From: Klebsormidium nitens
Taxonomy: Eukaryota > Plantae > Klebsormidiophyceae
Assembly: GCA_000708835.1 (NCBI GenBank)
Contig: DF236964.1
Span: 361,206-425,205 of the forward strand
Length of the DNA stretch: 64,000 bases
Reading direction: 5' to 3'
Shown here piece after piece: positions 1 through 13,330 of the stretch (the stretch's first letter is position 1; every line of letters begins with the position of its first letter). The translations under genes were made by a program, and so were the position numbers. The notes below the pieces were generated by a model. The model had not been told where the DNA came from, did no database searches, and saw only the letters and a list, made by a program, of their open reading frames with translations.

Positions 1-3000
1 GAGAAGCGGAAGTCCGAGTCAAGCCAGTGCTTACTTGCCGCGCAAGACCACACTTGCCGCACTGCGCCCACTTATTGAGCAGAACACGTTTCGGCTTCAC
101 CAATTTGCATGAAATGTTGCAGAAACGTCGTCCTCAGTTCTCCTTAGATGCTCACGTTAAACGTGCTCGTGTTGGTGGCTGGCTTCATCCCTCATCATCC
201 TTGGGCACTCGAAGTACGTCACGGGCTTGAATAGATCCTGGCAAGAAGAGGCATAATCCTGACTGGCCAGAGGTGGGACGAAGTACGTGAGCCAGTTCTT
301 CACATGCTCTTTTTTTCCTGTTTCGTCGCCCATCCAGAAAGAGGGCGGGTAGCGTAGAACAAAGTGCAGAGTTCACTGAATACATCCCGCGGCAAGGTAT
401 CCACTTGCCTTGCCCCACTTCGGGTGAACCTATCTCAACTTTTGCTTCGACTGAGCAGCCCCTACTACCATCTCGCCCCCCATGATTATCTTGGAGGCAC
501 TGATTTGACAGTGTATGGTCATCAGATTGATGGCCACGCTTCAAGGTCTCGAGACGAATGAGCCCCTGATTGCGTCCCTTTACATAAGTAGTTCTTGGAA
601 TTCTTTCCAGGAGTTTATCTTTGCCAAAGAGTTTATTTCAGACTCGAAATGAACCTCGCATTGACATGTACTAAGTGGCGCTGGGGCCAGTCGAACACCA
701 CTGCTAAGTATGACTTGTTACCGAGAAATTTATATTCGCCGTTTAATCATCTAGCTCGATCTGACAGATCTGGTCTAGTCTCTGGTAAGCTCAAAAGATG
801 TACAATCATGATTTAGGCAGCTTTCCGCTTCGCAACTGTTGGTCATAGCGTGTCGAAGCGGTTGACTAGGAAGGATCACTGGATAATCAGTGCATCATCC
901 TGACAGGTTACCGAAGCATGCGTCTCTTTTATTGTCGAAGTAAGCCCGCATTATTAACTGCGTCGACATGTCACTTGCAGAATCGTCCTTGACGCTTCCC
1001 GAATTCGAGCTGGGGATTCAGTTTGTGCATGATGCGAAGGCGCTTATTTCTTGAATACTCTCCTGTCCGAGTACCAGGAGGCGTTCTCGGCTTGGAAGTC
1101 CGGAACTTTCAAAAAGGAATTCCGGAACGAGCCGATTGACCGAGTTACGTCAACCTGGTTTCCAGTGCTCGACATCTTTCGATGTGTTCCCCGCTTGGCC
1201 AATCTCAGTCAACCACCAGAATCAGCGCTCCCCAGCCCCTTGTCAGGCGCGGCAGTGACGATGTACGCTGGGGTTCACCCACGCCAGGGATTCCGTACTG
1301 AGCCATGTGACGCACCTGTTTTCGTCATAGTCAGGCCGTTTTTTCCCATTGGGCACTCACGATTGACGAAAATAAGTTGCAGGGATCAAGACTTGCTTGA
1401 CTTCTGCCTGTGCGCTTTATCATCAAAATTTCTGACCTAGCATGCCGTTTCTCTCCTTTTGGAGACCATTGCGGTAGAGCGGGTATTTTTTGCGCGCTTC
1501 GGAGCCGTGCGTCGCTCAAAATCTCTCCTTTCCCTCCGAAGTCCAGACCACACGTTCTTCCGACCTCAACTCCTCCATCCTCCGGCCGTTTGACGAAACC
1601 AGGCTGTCAGATTTCGCTTGCAGCGCAACATTTCTTTCTATTGTGAAAACACTGTCGAGTCCCTCAGTTCGCCTGGCCATGTAAGGCTGATCCGCTTCAA
1701 TCAATTCGCCGGGAATGTTTGGGTTATTCTTCCCCGCCAGCGTGCAGGTGGATGTTTTCAAACCCTTTTAAATGGTTTGACGAAGAATCTTCCTTGGTGA
1801 GGGACCTGCACTGGTCTTCGAGGCTAGCAAAAAAAGTCCGAGATCAGATGGCAACGGGCTTCTGTCAACGCGGAGAATCCTTCTCCTGCAAATACCGAAC
1901 CACGTCCTGCTGGGCAATGACGCACTGCGCTTTGATCCAGACACAAGTTGGTCAATCAGGGGATTGTGTTGTCGCTGAGCCAGCGTCTTCCGGCCAGAAG
2001 ACGTCCTTTGGAAGAAGTAGTTTTTCAAGCAGAGCGGCTCGAAGTGGTATTCTTCATGCAGACGGATGACTTGACCCCGAGAAAGTTTTGCTGCAGAGTT
2101 GAAGCGGCTGCGGCCGTAAGTAGTGAACCGCCCAAGTCGCGCTTGCGTACCCACACGCGCGCCTTTGCTATTGTTCCGCTTCGAGGAACAGGCGCGTTCA
2201 GATCGTGCACCCTGCATTAGAAACTTTGATCCAGATGCATGCTGCATCTTCAAGTCTGTTACCAACGCATTTCAGTACTTTCGGGCACTGCTTGGCCACC
2301 GCGGAATTGGAAGTGTGGAAGCAAAAATGATTTCTTGAATAATCTATTGCAATCTGACCGTTTAGATTCGACCTTCCACCTTTCTGAGCGGCTCTACATC
2401 ATGCGGCAGACGTGCGAGACACCAGCACGCGCGCTTTGTCGTGACCGGCGTTCGGTGTCCATTTACGCATGGACACCATTCTGCATGGCGACTTGAATGG
2501 CGGGTTCAATCTGGAGGTATTTCAGGCAACTGTGTCGGCGACCTGAAAGTAGTAAGTCTCGCAAACTGGTGGCATTGTGAAGCGCTGCAACGATTGGTGT
2601 TCGGCCCTTATCTGTCGCTGCTTGGGGATCCGGCCACCCGCGTTCTCTTTGTTGCATCAAGAGCAATCAAAAATTCGAGCCGTCCAATACAGCAACACTT
2701 ACCGTCATGAGAGGTGCAGTTCATCGGGCAAACCCCGAGGACTGTAGGGTGCCCCGTACAGCCGCCGCATGAGCCGCCGAGTGCACGACCCGCAAGAGTG
2801 TACATCTGTTTCTGGTCTTCTCGACAGGGTCAGTTTTCTGCGCTCACAAGCGGTCTTTGCCGCAAGCGTGTGCCAAGCAGCGGTTGTTGAGGGCCCGCAA
2901 ATGTTAGAAAGAAGTATACGGCCGACGTGGTTGCCGGCAGAAATAAAACATGCATCACAAGCAACATTATCCTATATCTGCGTCCAACTTATGAGAGCAG

Positions 3001-4248
3001 TTTTCAGCATTCACGCCTAGCTTTATTGCCACGTGTCATCTGGTTTGGAGCTAAACTTCAAGTGGGGGTGATGCAAGGGCCCTTGATCGGACTGTGAGCT
3101 CTGAAGTACTACAGCTCACTTGTTCATAGCCCTGGAAGCCCCAGAATGGGAGCCGACCGGTCTCTGCCTTCGCCTCGTCTGCATTGGGATGCCATTGCGG
3201 ACTTTGCTGGGTGAATGTCCAAACGAGCTCAGCTTCACGGGCCCGTACGTCTTCTGATCGTCTGCCCATGAAGCGTTCAGTATCGACACCCAATCCAATT
3301 GCTTCGTTGACGACTTTCCTTTCGCCGCCAAAAGGAAATGAATGAAACGTTAGCAGGGGTTGTATACATTGGACGGATGAAGTCAATGATATCGAAATTA
3401 CTCGCGAGTAGCTAGACCCATCAACGGCACAGTCTGCAAATGGGTCGTTCCTGGCCACGCGCAATACGCCTCATGATTTGACCAAGTCTGACGATCCAGA
3501 AAGTAAGTTGTATTATAATGACCTGATCAATAGCCATTTATGCAAGGTCCTACTAATCCGGTCGACAGACTCTGCCAGCATTGCCGAGGCAGCACTATCA
3601 GTAGAGCCAATCCTTGCGCTGAGTAGACGAGCGACTCTGCTCATGACGGAAAAATGATTTTCTGGCAACTCGATTTCGATGGTGGAATTTGTCAGCTTGG
3701 CGCGGAAAACCACTGGTGGGAGCGGCAAAGAAGACAACAGCCTCAGCTGTAAGGGACTGATCGGTCATGAGCTCCTCGGCAGCTCAAGTCCTGCTTCTCA
3801 TCGGCGGTGCACGAGCCGTACCGGAACGTTTGGACTTTACAAGGCCCAGGACCAATATCTGATCATGAACCCGGATAAATATAAAGTACGACGGTAGATC
3901 AATTTAAAGGAGCCTATCGACTTGACTTTTGAAATGCAAGTAACGTGGCTCATATTTTACTGTCGTGATGGCTGCCTTGCTTTGATCTTGCAAAAATATG
4001 ATTGGCAGATTGGCTCAGTGGTTTTGAGGTCGTGTAAGAGAAGAAGAAGAGAAGACGACACCCTTTTTCCAGTGCTTACTACTTGATTACTTTGTACTTA
4101 TGAACATCATATATATTGCTGAATCGACACTGTTCACACGTATATGTCAGATCATCTTCATTATATAAAACGCATTGATCATGAACTCAGCCACGTCTTC
4201 ACGTCTGCATAGTTGCAAGGAACTCGAACCTCCCATCTTCTTCCGCAG

Positions 4249-4472
4249 GTCACCCTCAAACCCAGTCCCGCTGACCCGAACAATCTGAAAGATGTCGACA
4301 TTGAGGGGACGGGTGCCGCGGTGCAGTCGGCGGCGTCGCTGATCCAGCGCACTCTGGCGGATAAGCTGAACAACCCTGGGGGCAGCCGGCCGGGGGCGGG
4401 CGCGGCGTCGCCCTTCTTCAAGACGAGGATGTGCGAGAAGTTCATGCAGGGGGCGTGCACATTCGGGGACAA
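4249..4472 (+). pseudogene. Isolated exon of a plant-type KH + CCCH zinc-finger protein (gene fragment)
   Basis: ttccgcag|GTC...GACAA|gtaagt. Encodes VTLKPSPADPNNLKDVDIEGTGAAVQSAASLIQ...FKTRMCEKFMQGACTFGD, i.e. the end of a KH domain plus the first two Cys and third Cys of a C-x8-C-x5-C-x3-H finger. I found no upstream exons and no exon carrying the final His. Confidence 0.65.
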
Positions 4473-5103
4473 GTAAGTTCATCTACATGTATCCTTTCTG
4501 TTTACAATTTCTCGGATCGAAAACCCACTGGACGCGCTTCGTAACATGCATTTCGTGTCCAGAGTCCTGGGACAACGAGTTCTTGTTTGGGGTCGATGAT
4601 CTTAGATAAATACTTGGCTGCCCACGCAACACGTTAGATGCACGCAAAATCCCGACGTAGGCGCAATAACTGAGTGTGCCTTGAAAATGCGATCCTAAGT
4701 TCCGGAAGCCCACGGACAGTACGTCGGTCAGGCTCGAGTGTCGTCCTCGAAAGGGGGAAGGGATCCCTCTGGGAGGCTAACGATGCTCGACCGTTCGATG
4801 TAGAGTAAGTTGCCGATTTCATCGATTTCATCATTTCAACGGCTCAAAGTACTACCTTGAGGACAACTGCTTCAAATTGTTTCATCACACTAGTTCTCAG
4901 CCGCTTGGCAGCACAGCTGATTCTCTGCAGCGCCGGCTGCATCATGCCTTCAAAGGTCAGCTGCAGGAACAGAATTCTGCAAGCAACTAGCTGCTATAGA
5001 ACAGTTACCATTGAGAAGGTGCAAGAAGTGCTCCAGCCTTTTTGAAAAGTTGGAGCTGTGAGCTATCTGGCCTTTGGAGACTTTGAGTGCTCCTTTGCGG
5101 GGC

Positions 5104-8100
5104 ATGGCCCCTCCTCTCGGCACCATGGATGCCCCCGAAACGCCCTGCCTGATTGACAGGTGGCGACGCCCCTACACGCCTGGGCTTTTCACACCTGAGG
5201 AGTTTGAGCAATACTGGACGCTTGGGTTTGTCTTGAAGAAGGACGTGTTTGCCCCCGAGGAATTGGAGCCAGCTCGAGAAGCAGTGAACAGGTCAGTATT
5301 TGAGTATACATGTACATGAGTAGTAAGTTTTGCTCAGGTTTTAGGGCTTTGCTAACACAATAGTGATTCAGCTTATTCAGAATCCGAGTCTTCTACAGGC
5401 AGTTTTGAGGTGTTGGTTTGAGGTTTATCCTTCTTTCTAGGCAATATCTTGGTATGCTGTGGACTTCAGCGGATAACCCTCAGAGTTCTTATTGACTTCA
5501 CAAAGTCACAGCATTCTCTTTCTTCTCACATTTACTGGCATCTGCTGCAATTGTCATGTGTCAACATCACGACCAGCATGAAAAGTTGCAATTGAAAAAG
5601 ACAATGAGAAATACAACCTGGTTCTGAGAAAGGATTTCCCCCTCAAGCAACCTTGTACTCTTAGGAAGAACCCGGCGGAGGCGAGGTGGCCTCCGAAGGT
5701 TGAGACTGTCCTACACTTCACAAAGTCTACCTACATCTTCCCAGCTCGTGTTCTTCTTGAGATATCGTATGTATGACGAGTCTCCAAGTGCGATTCCTGC
5801 CCATGTCCTGCTTTGAAAACCCCTCTGCCAATCTTGAAAGCTGGAAACATTGAATTGTCACCTGCCATCTTTTCCCCAAACACATCTTTTGACCCGACCT
5901 CACATCTGCAATGACCGTTGAAATGGTTTCCCCCTTTTCTGCTTCCAACGCTTGTACTTTATCTGGTTATTTAAGGGACTACTCAGAGCTTAGTACCACC
6001 GCCAAATCATTTTGCCTATACGCGCGCGATGGCTGAGGTCCTACAATCACAATCACCCGCCCTTGACAGCAATCTGCTTCTTTTTCACAATCTTCACACC
6101 CTTGAGGGAGGGCTTTTTCAAAGATGGGCAGCTGTGAGGCCTAACAACCAATAAAAACAAAATCTCACACTCTTGGAGGGCTTTGTCAAAAGAGGGGCAG
6201 CTGTGAGGCCTAATAAACACAAAACTTCTTGTTTAAGATCCTAAGTTCTGTGGAATTCATTCCTTGTAGGGGAGTTGCAGACATTGCAGACGACCTGTTC
6301 AAAGCCGGCAAGATCAAGAACAAACACGAGGACGCACCGCTTGAAACGCGGCTGACGTTGATTGAGGAGCAGTTTCCCTCGGCGAGCGTGTTGTTGCATA
6401 AGCGGGGGGTGCTTCCCAAGGAGTTCCAAGCCCTGTGGACGGACCCCCGGTTGATGAGCGTGGCCCGACAGCTGCTCGGAGGTGCGGTTTTTGAACCCAT
6501 GTTTTCGTATCCTGCAACTGATGAATGGCATTCAACGCAAGTTCTATTAGCTGGGGTCTAAATTTCGATTGATTGCCTGTGAATCTATGGGGGCTTTCAA
6601 AGGAGCCGACAACGCTTGGCAGTCCGCTTCCTCATCGATTCTTGTCCTCGACGATTACTTTGTGTGAAAGAATGTACGCAGTTTGTAATCGACTCAGAAG
6701 CGGATGAGGACAGGTGTGATTGATCTGTGGCGCTCCCAAGAAGGGCCAGCAGTTCTTGTTACCCCTCTTGCAGTGTTCAGAAGCTATGGCAGACCTTGGT
6801 CTTGAAAAGAGACCAAACCGGAAAGTCACCTTGAATTGCCATCTGATACGGGACAGGATTGTAAACCTTTGCATAGTAGATTGACCATCTTGTCGAAGCC
6901 ACTTTGGAAGAGACCTCAAGATTAGAGTGCATGTAACAGATCTCAGGCTCCCACTGATTCTGGTCCAAAGTTATTGCCAAACTTGTTCCATAAGACCTCT
7001 CATGCTGGATCCGGGTTGTTGTAAGGCGAATCCCCCTGTTTGCCAATGGAAGCCGTTTCTGGAACTCCTAAGCAGTCAAAAATAAAGGTCTCAATGAAGC
7101 TTGCTGAGAAAGTTCCACGACAAGTTTTTAGAGAAGCCAGGAACTACGAGATTCGCACGAATGTATTTAGTGTCCTCTGCAGATGACATTGGGGGCCATC
7201 CGGTTTGGAACTTGCGGCCCAAGACACCTCAGCAGGAGCAGGCGACAGTTCCGTGGCACCAGGTGACATTCTGGCTCTTTTGGGAGCAGCTTTACGAGTA
7301 CTTCTTCTGATCAGTCTCGTTTCTGGATCGAAGGGTTTGCTTCTGAATTGGGACTGTCCGTAGAAAAGCGGCGAAGCCTCCACTCGATTCCTTGATGGCA
7401 CCCGACCTGTTTCAAAAACGGAGTCAAAGCCACGAACTTCAATTCGTCATTTGTGGGAGTCGTCAAGGAAAAGAAGCCATGGAAGCGGTACATCGAGCAG
7501 GAGGATCCAGAATGTCAGTCAGACTTTGAGCTTGAGCAGTCCTCAGACCAGGTACAGAATGGATCCTTTCCAGACCTGTGCCCGACACGGGTCAAGGTCC
7601 CGTTTTCAAGCCCTCAGGGAGCTTCCAGATGCCATTCGCAGGCCCCTCGTTACCGTACGCGTCAATGAGCTCTCGAGCCTCTGAAAGTGATATGCGAGGT
7701 ACTTGGACATTGTGCTTAATTGAAAGGTCCGCAAGGGCACAGCCTGCCTGCCGCGTGGATTTGGAGAACTTGACTAGATTGCCTGAGACGTTCTTCTTCG
7801 ACGACATGGTGCCACTTGGACTCGCTTCCACTAGCGTTTGAACCCCTTGATCTAACGACCTTTCTCATTGCACAGTCACAGCACACATACCATCATCTCT
7901 TTCGTGTCGCTTTTCTGTATTTAAAACAAGGCTTTCTATTCCCAGAGCCCTCGGAAGGACCTCATCTGTTGGCCCGTTTGTTGGCCCCTATCCCATATTG
8001 CAAGAGCGCTTTTTGCTGGCCCGGCGGCTGTTCCAGCTCCATCAAGTAAACTTCGAGATCACAGTTCCAAGCCACCCCACGAATCCTGTCGAAACCCTGT

Positions 8101-10183
8101 CGAAACCCTTCAACAAACACAGAAATCTATTACATACTCTATCCATCTTCCGCACAGGACGCCGCGTATCTGGACAAGGTCGCCTGGGAGGTGCACCAGG
8201 TGACGGCGTGGATTCCGCTCGTTCCGGCCTCCGAGCGGAACGGATGCATGCAGGTCGTCCCGGGGGGGCACCGGACGGGGCGGACCGCAAAGCACACCTG
8301 CTGTGCTGGGGGTACCTGGTAAGAGCGCGCTAGAGGGATCCCTCGAGCTTTGTTGTCTGGGCTCTCGTTTGTTGTTGCAACTGCTAGTGAACGGAATGTC
8401 GGTGCACACCGGTAGTGCCAGAGAAATTCGAGCGCGAGCAACGGCCACAGCGCCTTTGGGTTTGTGGAAGGGGGCCGATAAACGAGTCAGAAAACCGGTG
8501 CAGAGCACACGTTGGTGATGTATTCAAGAGGCAAGTGAGGGCGACTGCTGTCCGGCAAGAAGCTTCTGATGCTAAATAATGAAAACCTTGCACTTCGTTG
8601 TCAAGGCTTTCGTTAAAGCGTACAATTCAAGTACGTAAAGCCGATACTATGCGTACAAACTGGAACACGATGTCTTTTCAGAGGTGCTCAGCTCCCCTCG
8701 TGCAGATGCAAATGTTCATCCAAGAAGTTAGTGGACAGCCTTCAAGAAGCTCACGCGTTCTTTTTAGGTACGTCGAACTGGACGAAACTGACGCCGCACA
8801 AACTTTGGGGGTGGACCTCCAGTCTGCCGCCCTGACTTGCGAGGTCCCCCTGGGAGGGGTCCTTTTCCTGAACAACATTCTGCCGCACCGTTCGCTGAAC
8901 AACCTGAGCGACGGCATCCGGTGGTCGCTGGATTTGCGGTGGCAGAAATGGGACCAGCCCGCGGGGTTTTACGGGTTAAAGGAGGTTATCCCGATGACCA
9001 AGTCGGGTCAACCAGGTGAGCTCGACGCTTCCACTTCTGCGGGTTTAGTAAAATGGGAGGAACTAGTATGGGGGCGACAAGCACACCAAGAAGCTATTGG
9101 GAGTGGACATCCCCTCGGTACGTCGTTTACTGGAGAGTTGATGGGGTTTGTTTGAGATAGAAAACAAGACACCTGATTGCTTTGCAGTCTAGTGCATTTT
9201 TAGCACTTGTGCCTTTAAGATTCTTTCCGTATTGGAGGACTATTATCTGACGAGGGGCGTCCCTCATATCAGGACAAGGTCATGCCGGGCATGTTTCCGT
9301 TACCGTTGCGGTCTTAAGGTTTTCACGTCTTTGAGCACCATCTTCTGATGAGGGGCGTCCTTCAAACCAAGAGAAGGTCATGCTGGCCATCTTTCCGTTC
9401 CTGACCTCGTGAAAAGTGTTGATCTCCTTTGCCACTGGTTGTCTTATTGCATCGGTACAGAGAAGCGCTAACAACTTTGCTCTCAAAGGTATCCAGGCCT
9501 TTCGGACGTATAAAAAACATCCCGACGGTGTGCTTTATCGAATCACCATCACTTCTTCCGCCCCGACCCGTTTTGGTTGACTACGTCAACTCTGAGGGTC
9601 CGCCTGCGAACACTTATCCATCCGACACTTTCAATTTTTCCACCAGGAAGCTAACGCCCATGTCCGCTTGCGAGTCTCTATTTCTTCGTCGACAACCTGC
9701 CCCACTTGAAACGCTTACGTCTATTCCTGCAACCGACTTGTGCCCCAAATGAAGCCGCCAACGCTCTACCTGCCCGAACTAACTCGCCTTTTTGCAATTG
9801 GGGGAACCAGTGTCACCTTTGGTCCGAGTCGAATGCGTCGCTCTGTCCTTGTTGCAGATTACAAAGTCGACTGGGACGGGTGGGCGAACCTCAGCCGATC
9901 CGCCCTCCAAGAAGGCATCCTTAAACCCGAAACGAAGAGCCTCGTCGAGACCGTCAAAGCAATTGATGCTTCCCACGTGGTTGAGCCCGTCTTGAAGATT
10001 GACGGCGTATCTAGTGTCATGCTCAGCGTCGCTAAAAGCCCCGACTCGCCGACGAGCACATTGGGGGATCCCTTTGACACTACGATTGCGGGGCCGTGGA
10101 TGGACCAGTGGCCGATCGTCTTCCACAATAGGCACACGGAGCGGCATGAGCGGGGTTCGGTTCAGGGATGGCATAAGGCGTAG
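5104..10183 (+). CDS. Phytanoyl-CoA dioxygenase (PhyH) family 2OG/Fe(II) dioxygenase, ~404 aa, 6 exons
   Basis: Exons 5104-5291, 6270-6481, 7183-7262, 8158-8318, 8768-9015, 9858-10183 are all GT-AG and phase-consistent (1215 nt). Motifs: LGFVLKKDVF, PWHQDAAY (HxD), TAWIPL...NGCMQVVPGGH, distal His LPHRS, RWSLDLRW. Start could be Met at 5125. Confidence 0.88.
6095..6212. repeat. Imperfect tandem duplication (~70-bp period) in PhyH intron 1
   Basis: cacacccttgagggagggctttttcaaagatgggcagctgtgaggcctaa versus cacactcttggagggctttgtcaaaagaggggcagctgtgaggcctaa. Confidence 0.8.
9247..9400. repeat. Imperfect direct duplication (~96-bp offset) in PhyH intron 5
   Basis: tctgacgaggggcgtccctcatatcaggacaaggtcatgccgggcatgtttccgtt versus tctgatgaggggcgtccttcaaaccaagagaaggtcatgctggccatctttccgtt. 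Confidence 0.75.
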
Positions 10184-11809
10184 GCCAGAGTTTTGAGGAC
10201 ACGACGGAAAGCAAGAAAGGGTTGGCGTCTGTTGCACACGCTCAAGAAGGGTCCTGACAGAGCATTCAGGAGTTGTGGCCGTCTTAGCGTCATCGGAATT
10301 CTGCACCTGGTGGAAAAGACCGTGTCGATAAAAATGTGTTGCGGCCTTGGTCTGCGCCTCTCATAAAGGTACGAGGCGCTACCAGGTTAGCGGTGTGAGT
10401 GTGTCCAAGTAACTGAGCCAAATACCGTGCCAAGTTTCTAGTAGGCATTGGATTATTATACACTCTACGTGTTTGTAAAGACAACTCGTTATATACGAAG
10501 CAGCATAACCATTAGTGTAGTTTGAGGCCATACGGATCCGACATGTCCAAGTCTGGTTTTAATGGTTGATGAGCGCTGGCATATATTCTTCAGATGATTC
10601 GAGGATCGCTCAGGTCTTTCATTGGTACGTCACTCGCACAGAAAACGCGATCTTGCAGCTAACTGGCCCCGGACTCAGGCCTGTGCAGAACCGCATATGC
10701 TGTTTGCATTGAACTTCTATGTGCGAGTCCAGATCCAAATCAGTAATACAATGACGAGTACCTGGCATCCGACCGGAGCGCCAACTTCAGGGCCTCTGTG
10801 ATACTACACTTCGATCATAAAGCTAGCAATACATATCCAGGCTACTGCATTGCATCATAACCTTGTATCATCATAAGGATGTAAGAATTTGGCGCTTAGG
10901 CCGTCATGTGCAAATCTTGTTGCCCGCCGTCAATCGCCCAAGTCTCGGGCGCCCAACTTAGCACCTTTCGACTGCAATTGCTAGCTATGATATGTACTGT
11001 GGAATATCGGCGCAGAAGGGCCCTATAGAATCCACCCCCGGCCTGTCTCAGACTGGCCGCCAGCGCGACGAGGCCGCGTAAGCACCCTTTGACGCGGTCG
11101 AATGTAGCAGCTGCCTGCATAGCATTTGTCAAATCATGCTGTTATAGTCTGCAAGTTGCAATATATATATACGAGGCCCATCGTGAGTCCGTCGTGGCCC
11201 GTCGTCGGACATGCCATGATGGCTAGCTAGTATAAGCTTCGATCTCTTCATATGCGAGCATGCGCCGCATGACTGATGTGTTTGGCACGTGATACAAGTT
11301 GCGCATCCGATCCATTGAAGGCCGGGCTAGCTAATTATTGCTAGGCGCGGCTGCCGCCTTGGTATACATTCCCATGAGCTAGCCGGAACTCTACCCAACT
11401 TGAAAAGGGTGCTAGCTCAATAGCTACATAGCCCCTGGTACGATTTTTCAAGGCTTTGTCACGGTCACCGTGAGCAGGTACCATGTACCATGGTGCAAGT
11501 TTTGACATGGCATCATCTCGGATTTGGCCCCTCGACAAAGCTTCAGGCTTGTGTTGCAAAACAGCCCTGAGTATGCAGGGCCTTTCAAGTTTGCCTACTT
11601 ATCATCGACATGCGATGACTTGGAACACGGCCATTATGCATATCAGATCGGATCATTGCGTTTGTTCTCCAAAGTGCCGTTGGATCTGAACCTGCCAGTG
11701 ATCTTCCTTCATTGCACGCAGCTGCCAAAATCTCATCGCAAGCACGGACTCGAGCACACGGGCACACCGTGACTTCGACTCACAATGCCATGCAACTTTG
11801 TGATGTGCT

Positions 11810-13204
11810 TCAAGGACCAATTTCGCTCACGCTTAACGATGGCATCTTGTCCTTCAGGTGAAAGAATCTTTGGCTAGCCTCCTGGCTATCTTCCTTATCC
11901 TCAACGCCAAACATGTTAAGCACACAGCGAAACTGCAAGTGCATCAGCTTGGGGCTTACCTCGACCAGCTCTAGACACGTTCCTACTTGTTCTGAGGTCC
12001 AAGCATCAGCTGTCAACACTAGGAGATTTTCAAATACAGGAAAGCCCTTTCCTCTAACAGAACGCGCAAGATGAAGTAAGGTCTTCGCATTGATGCTAAG
12101 CTCCTTCACGTTTGCCAAGCAAGTCAGGATGGAGGCCATGGTGTGTTGCTCGCCTTTGAAATCCAAGTACCGGAAGTCGGCTACCTCCAGGTCCTTGGAA
12201 TTCTTAAGCAGACCAAGGAGTTCATCTTCATCGAAGGTTTGATTAGCTGCTAATCTCCTCAACTTCCATGGCCTGGGTAGCACGAACGGGCCTGGATAAT
12301 CTGAATACAAATCAAGGCTAGTCAGCTCAGGAGCATCTATCCTCATTTTCCTGTCCACATCCGGCCGCAGGTGTAGAGATAGTAGACATGGAGCGTCGAT
12401 CTCCACGCGGCCTAGTTCCAGCATCCTGACATCCTCGTTAACCTCAAGACCGACCATGTTATAATCTAGGAACAAGTGCTTAAGTGAGGTCGAGCTAATA
12501 TTGGTCACAACTCCTAAGCAGTGTTCGCCATCGATATGCAGGGAAAGCTTCTCTAGATTGGGGGCCGCTTGCACAAGACTGGCTAAGGAGCTGTCATTGC
12601 TGGATTGAATGATGGAAAGGTGAAGCTCCTTTAGACTGGCGGACAGCTTGTTGATGGGCCTGTTGATGGAGAAGTGGCAATACTCAAGGATCAGGCACTC
12701 AAGGCGAGGACACTTCGTAAGCAGTTGCTCCAACACGTCGAGCGGGTTGTTCGGCTGCAGCAGATAACCGTTCCGAAGGCAGAAGCGCTCCAACCGCGGG
12801 GGAAAACACACCACCCCGGCCAAGTAGCCGCTGGAGAAGCACTGCTGGAGGGGATGGGAATTCTCATTATCCTCAGGATCATTATAGGCGAGATACAGCG
12901 CTCTCAGACTATCCATCTTCCGAAGGAACCAGATCAAATGTGCGTCAACTGCAGGTGCATCATCCAGATTACAGACGAGCTCCTCAACGTCAGGTGCCAG
13001 CCGATTGAAGCGTGAGCACACAGTTCTAAGCTTGGAGAGCTCTGCAAAGTCGGATGCAGCGCGCGAATGCACGTAAGGTTCGGAATTGAACCGCTCCGGC
13101 TGCTCAAAAGTCATCGCCGCAGCCCTGCCTATTATTCTGGCGAGGATGCTGTCGGGCAGAGTATCCATGGGACAGTCGCTGGGAGCCATGAGAGCCGCCG
13201 CCAC
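11810..13204 (-). CDS. Intronless F-box-like / LRR (RNI-like) protein, 464 aa
   Basis: Single 1395-nt ORF. N-terminal MDTLPDSILARII...LRTVCSRFNRL is F-box-like; it is followed by repeated LxxLxL units (CPRLECLILEYC, LKELHL, APNLEKLSLH, LKHLFL, APELTSLDL). Confidence 0.82.
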   Translation of the reverse strand: MAAALMAPSDCPMDTLPDSILARIIGRAAAMTFEQPERFNSEPYVHSRAASDFAELSKLRTVCSRFNRLAPDVEELVCNLDDAPAVDAHLIWFLRKMDSLRALYLAYNDPEDNENSHPLQQCFSSGYLAGVVCFPPRLERFCLRNGYLLQPNNPLDVLEQLLTKCPRLECLILEYCHFSINRPINKLSASLKELHLSIIQSSNDSSLASLVQAAPNLEKLSLHIDGEHCLGVVTNISSTSLKHLFLDYNMVGLEVNEDVRMLELGRVEIDAPCLLSLHLRPDVDRKMRIDAPELTSLDLYSDYPGPFVLPRPWKLRRLAANQTFDEDELLGLLKNSKDLEVADFRYLDFKGEQHTMASILTCLANVKELSINAKTLLHLARSVRGKGFPVFENLLVLTADAWTSEQVGTCLELVEVSPKLMHLQFRCVLNMFGVEDKEDSQEASQRFFHLKDKMPSLSVSEIGP

Positions 13205-13313
13205 CGCCTACTCTATGCTTCCAGAGTGACAGTGTTCACTCTGCTTCAGTCTTCAGTCTCAGATTTGTGCAGCAAGATCGAGCCTATGGAAGTTGGCCTC
13301 CCTAACCAGGTAG

Positions 13314-13330
13314 GTTAGAATAGGGTTTAG
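13314..13330 (-). promoter_or_regulatory. Telo-box-like motif (AAACCCTA) ~120 bp upstream of the F-box ATG
   Basis: Plus strand gttagaatagggtttag reads CTAAACCCTATTCTAAC on the gene strand. Function is inferred only. Confidence 0.3.
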
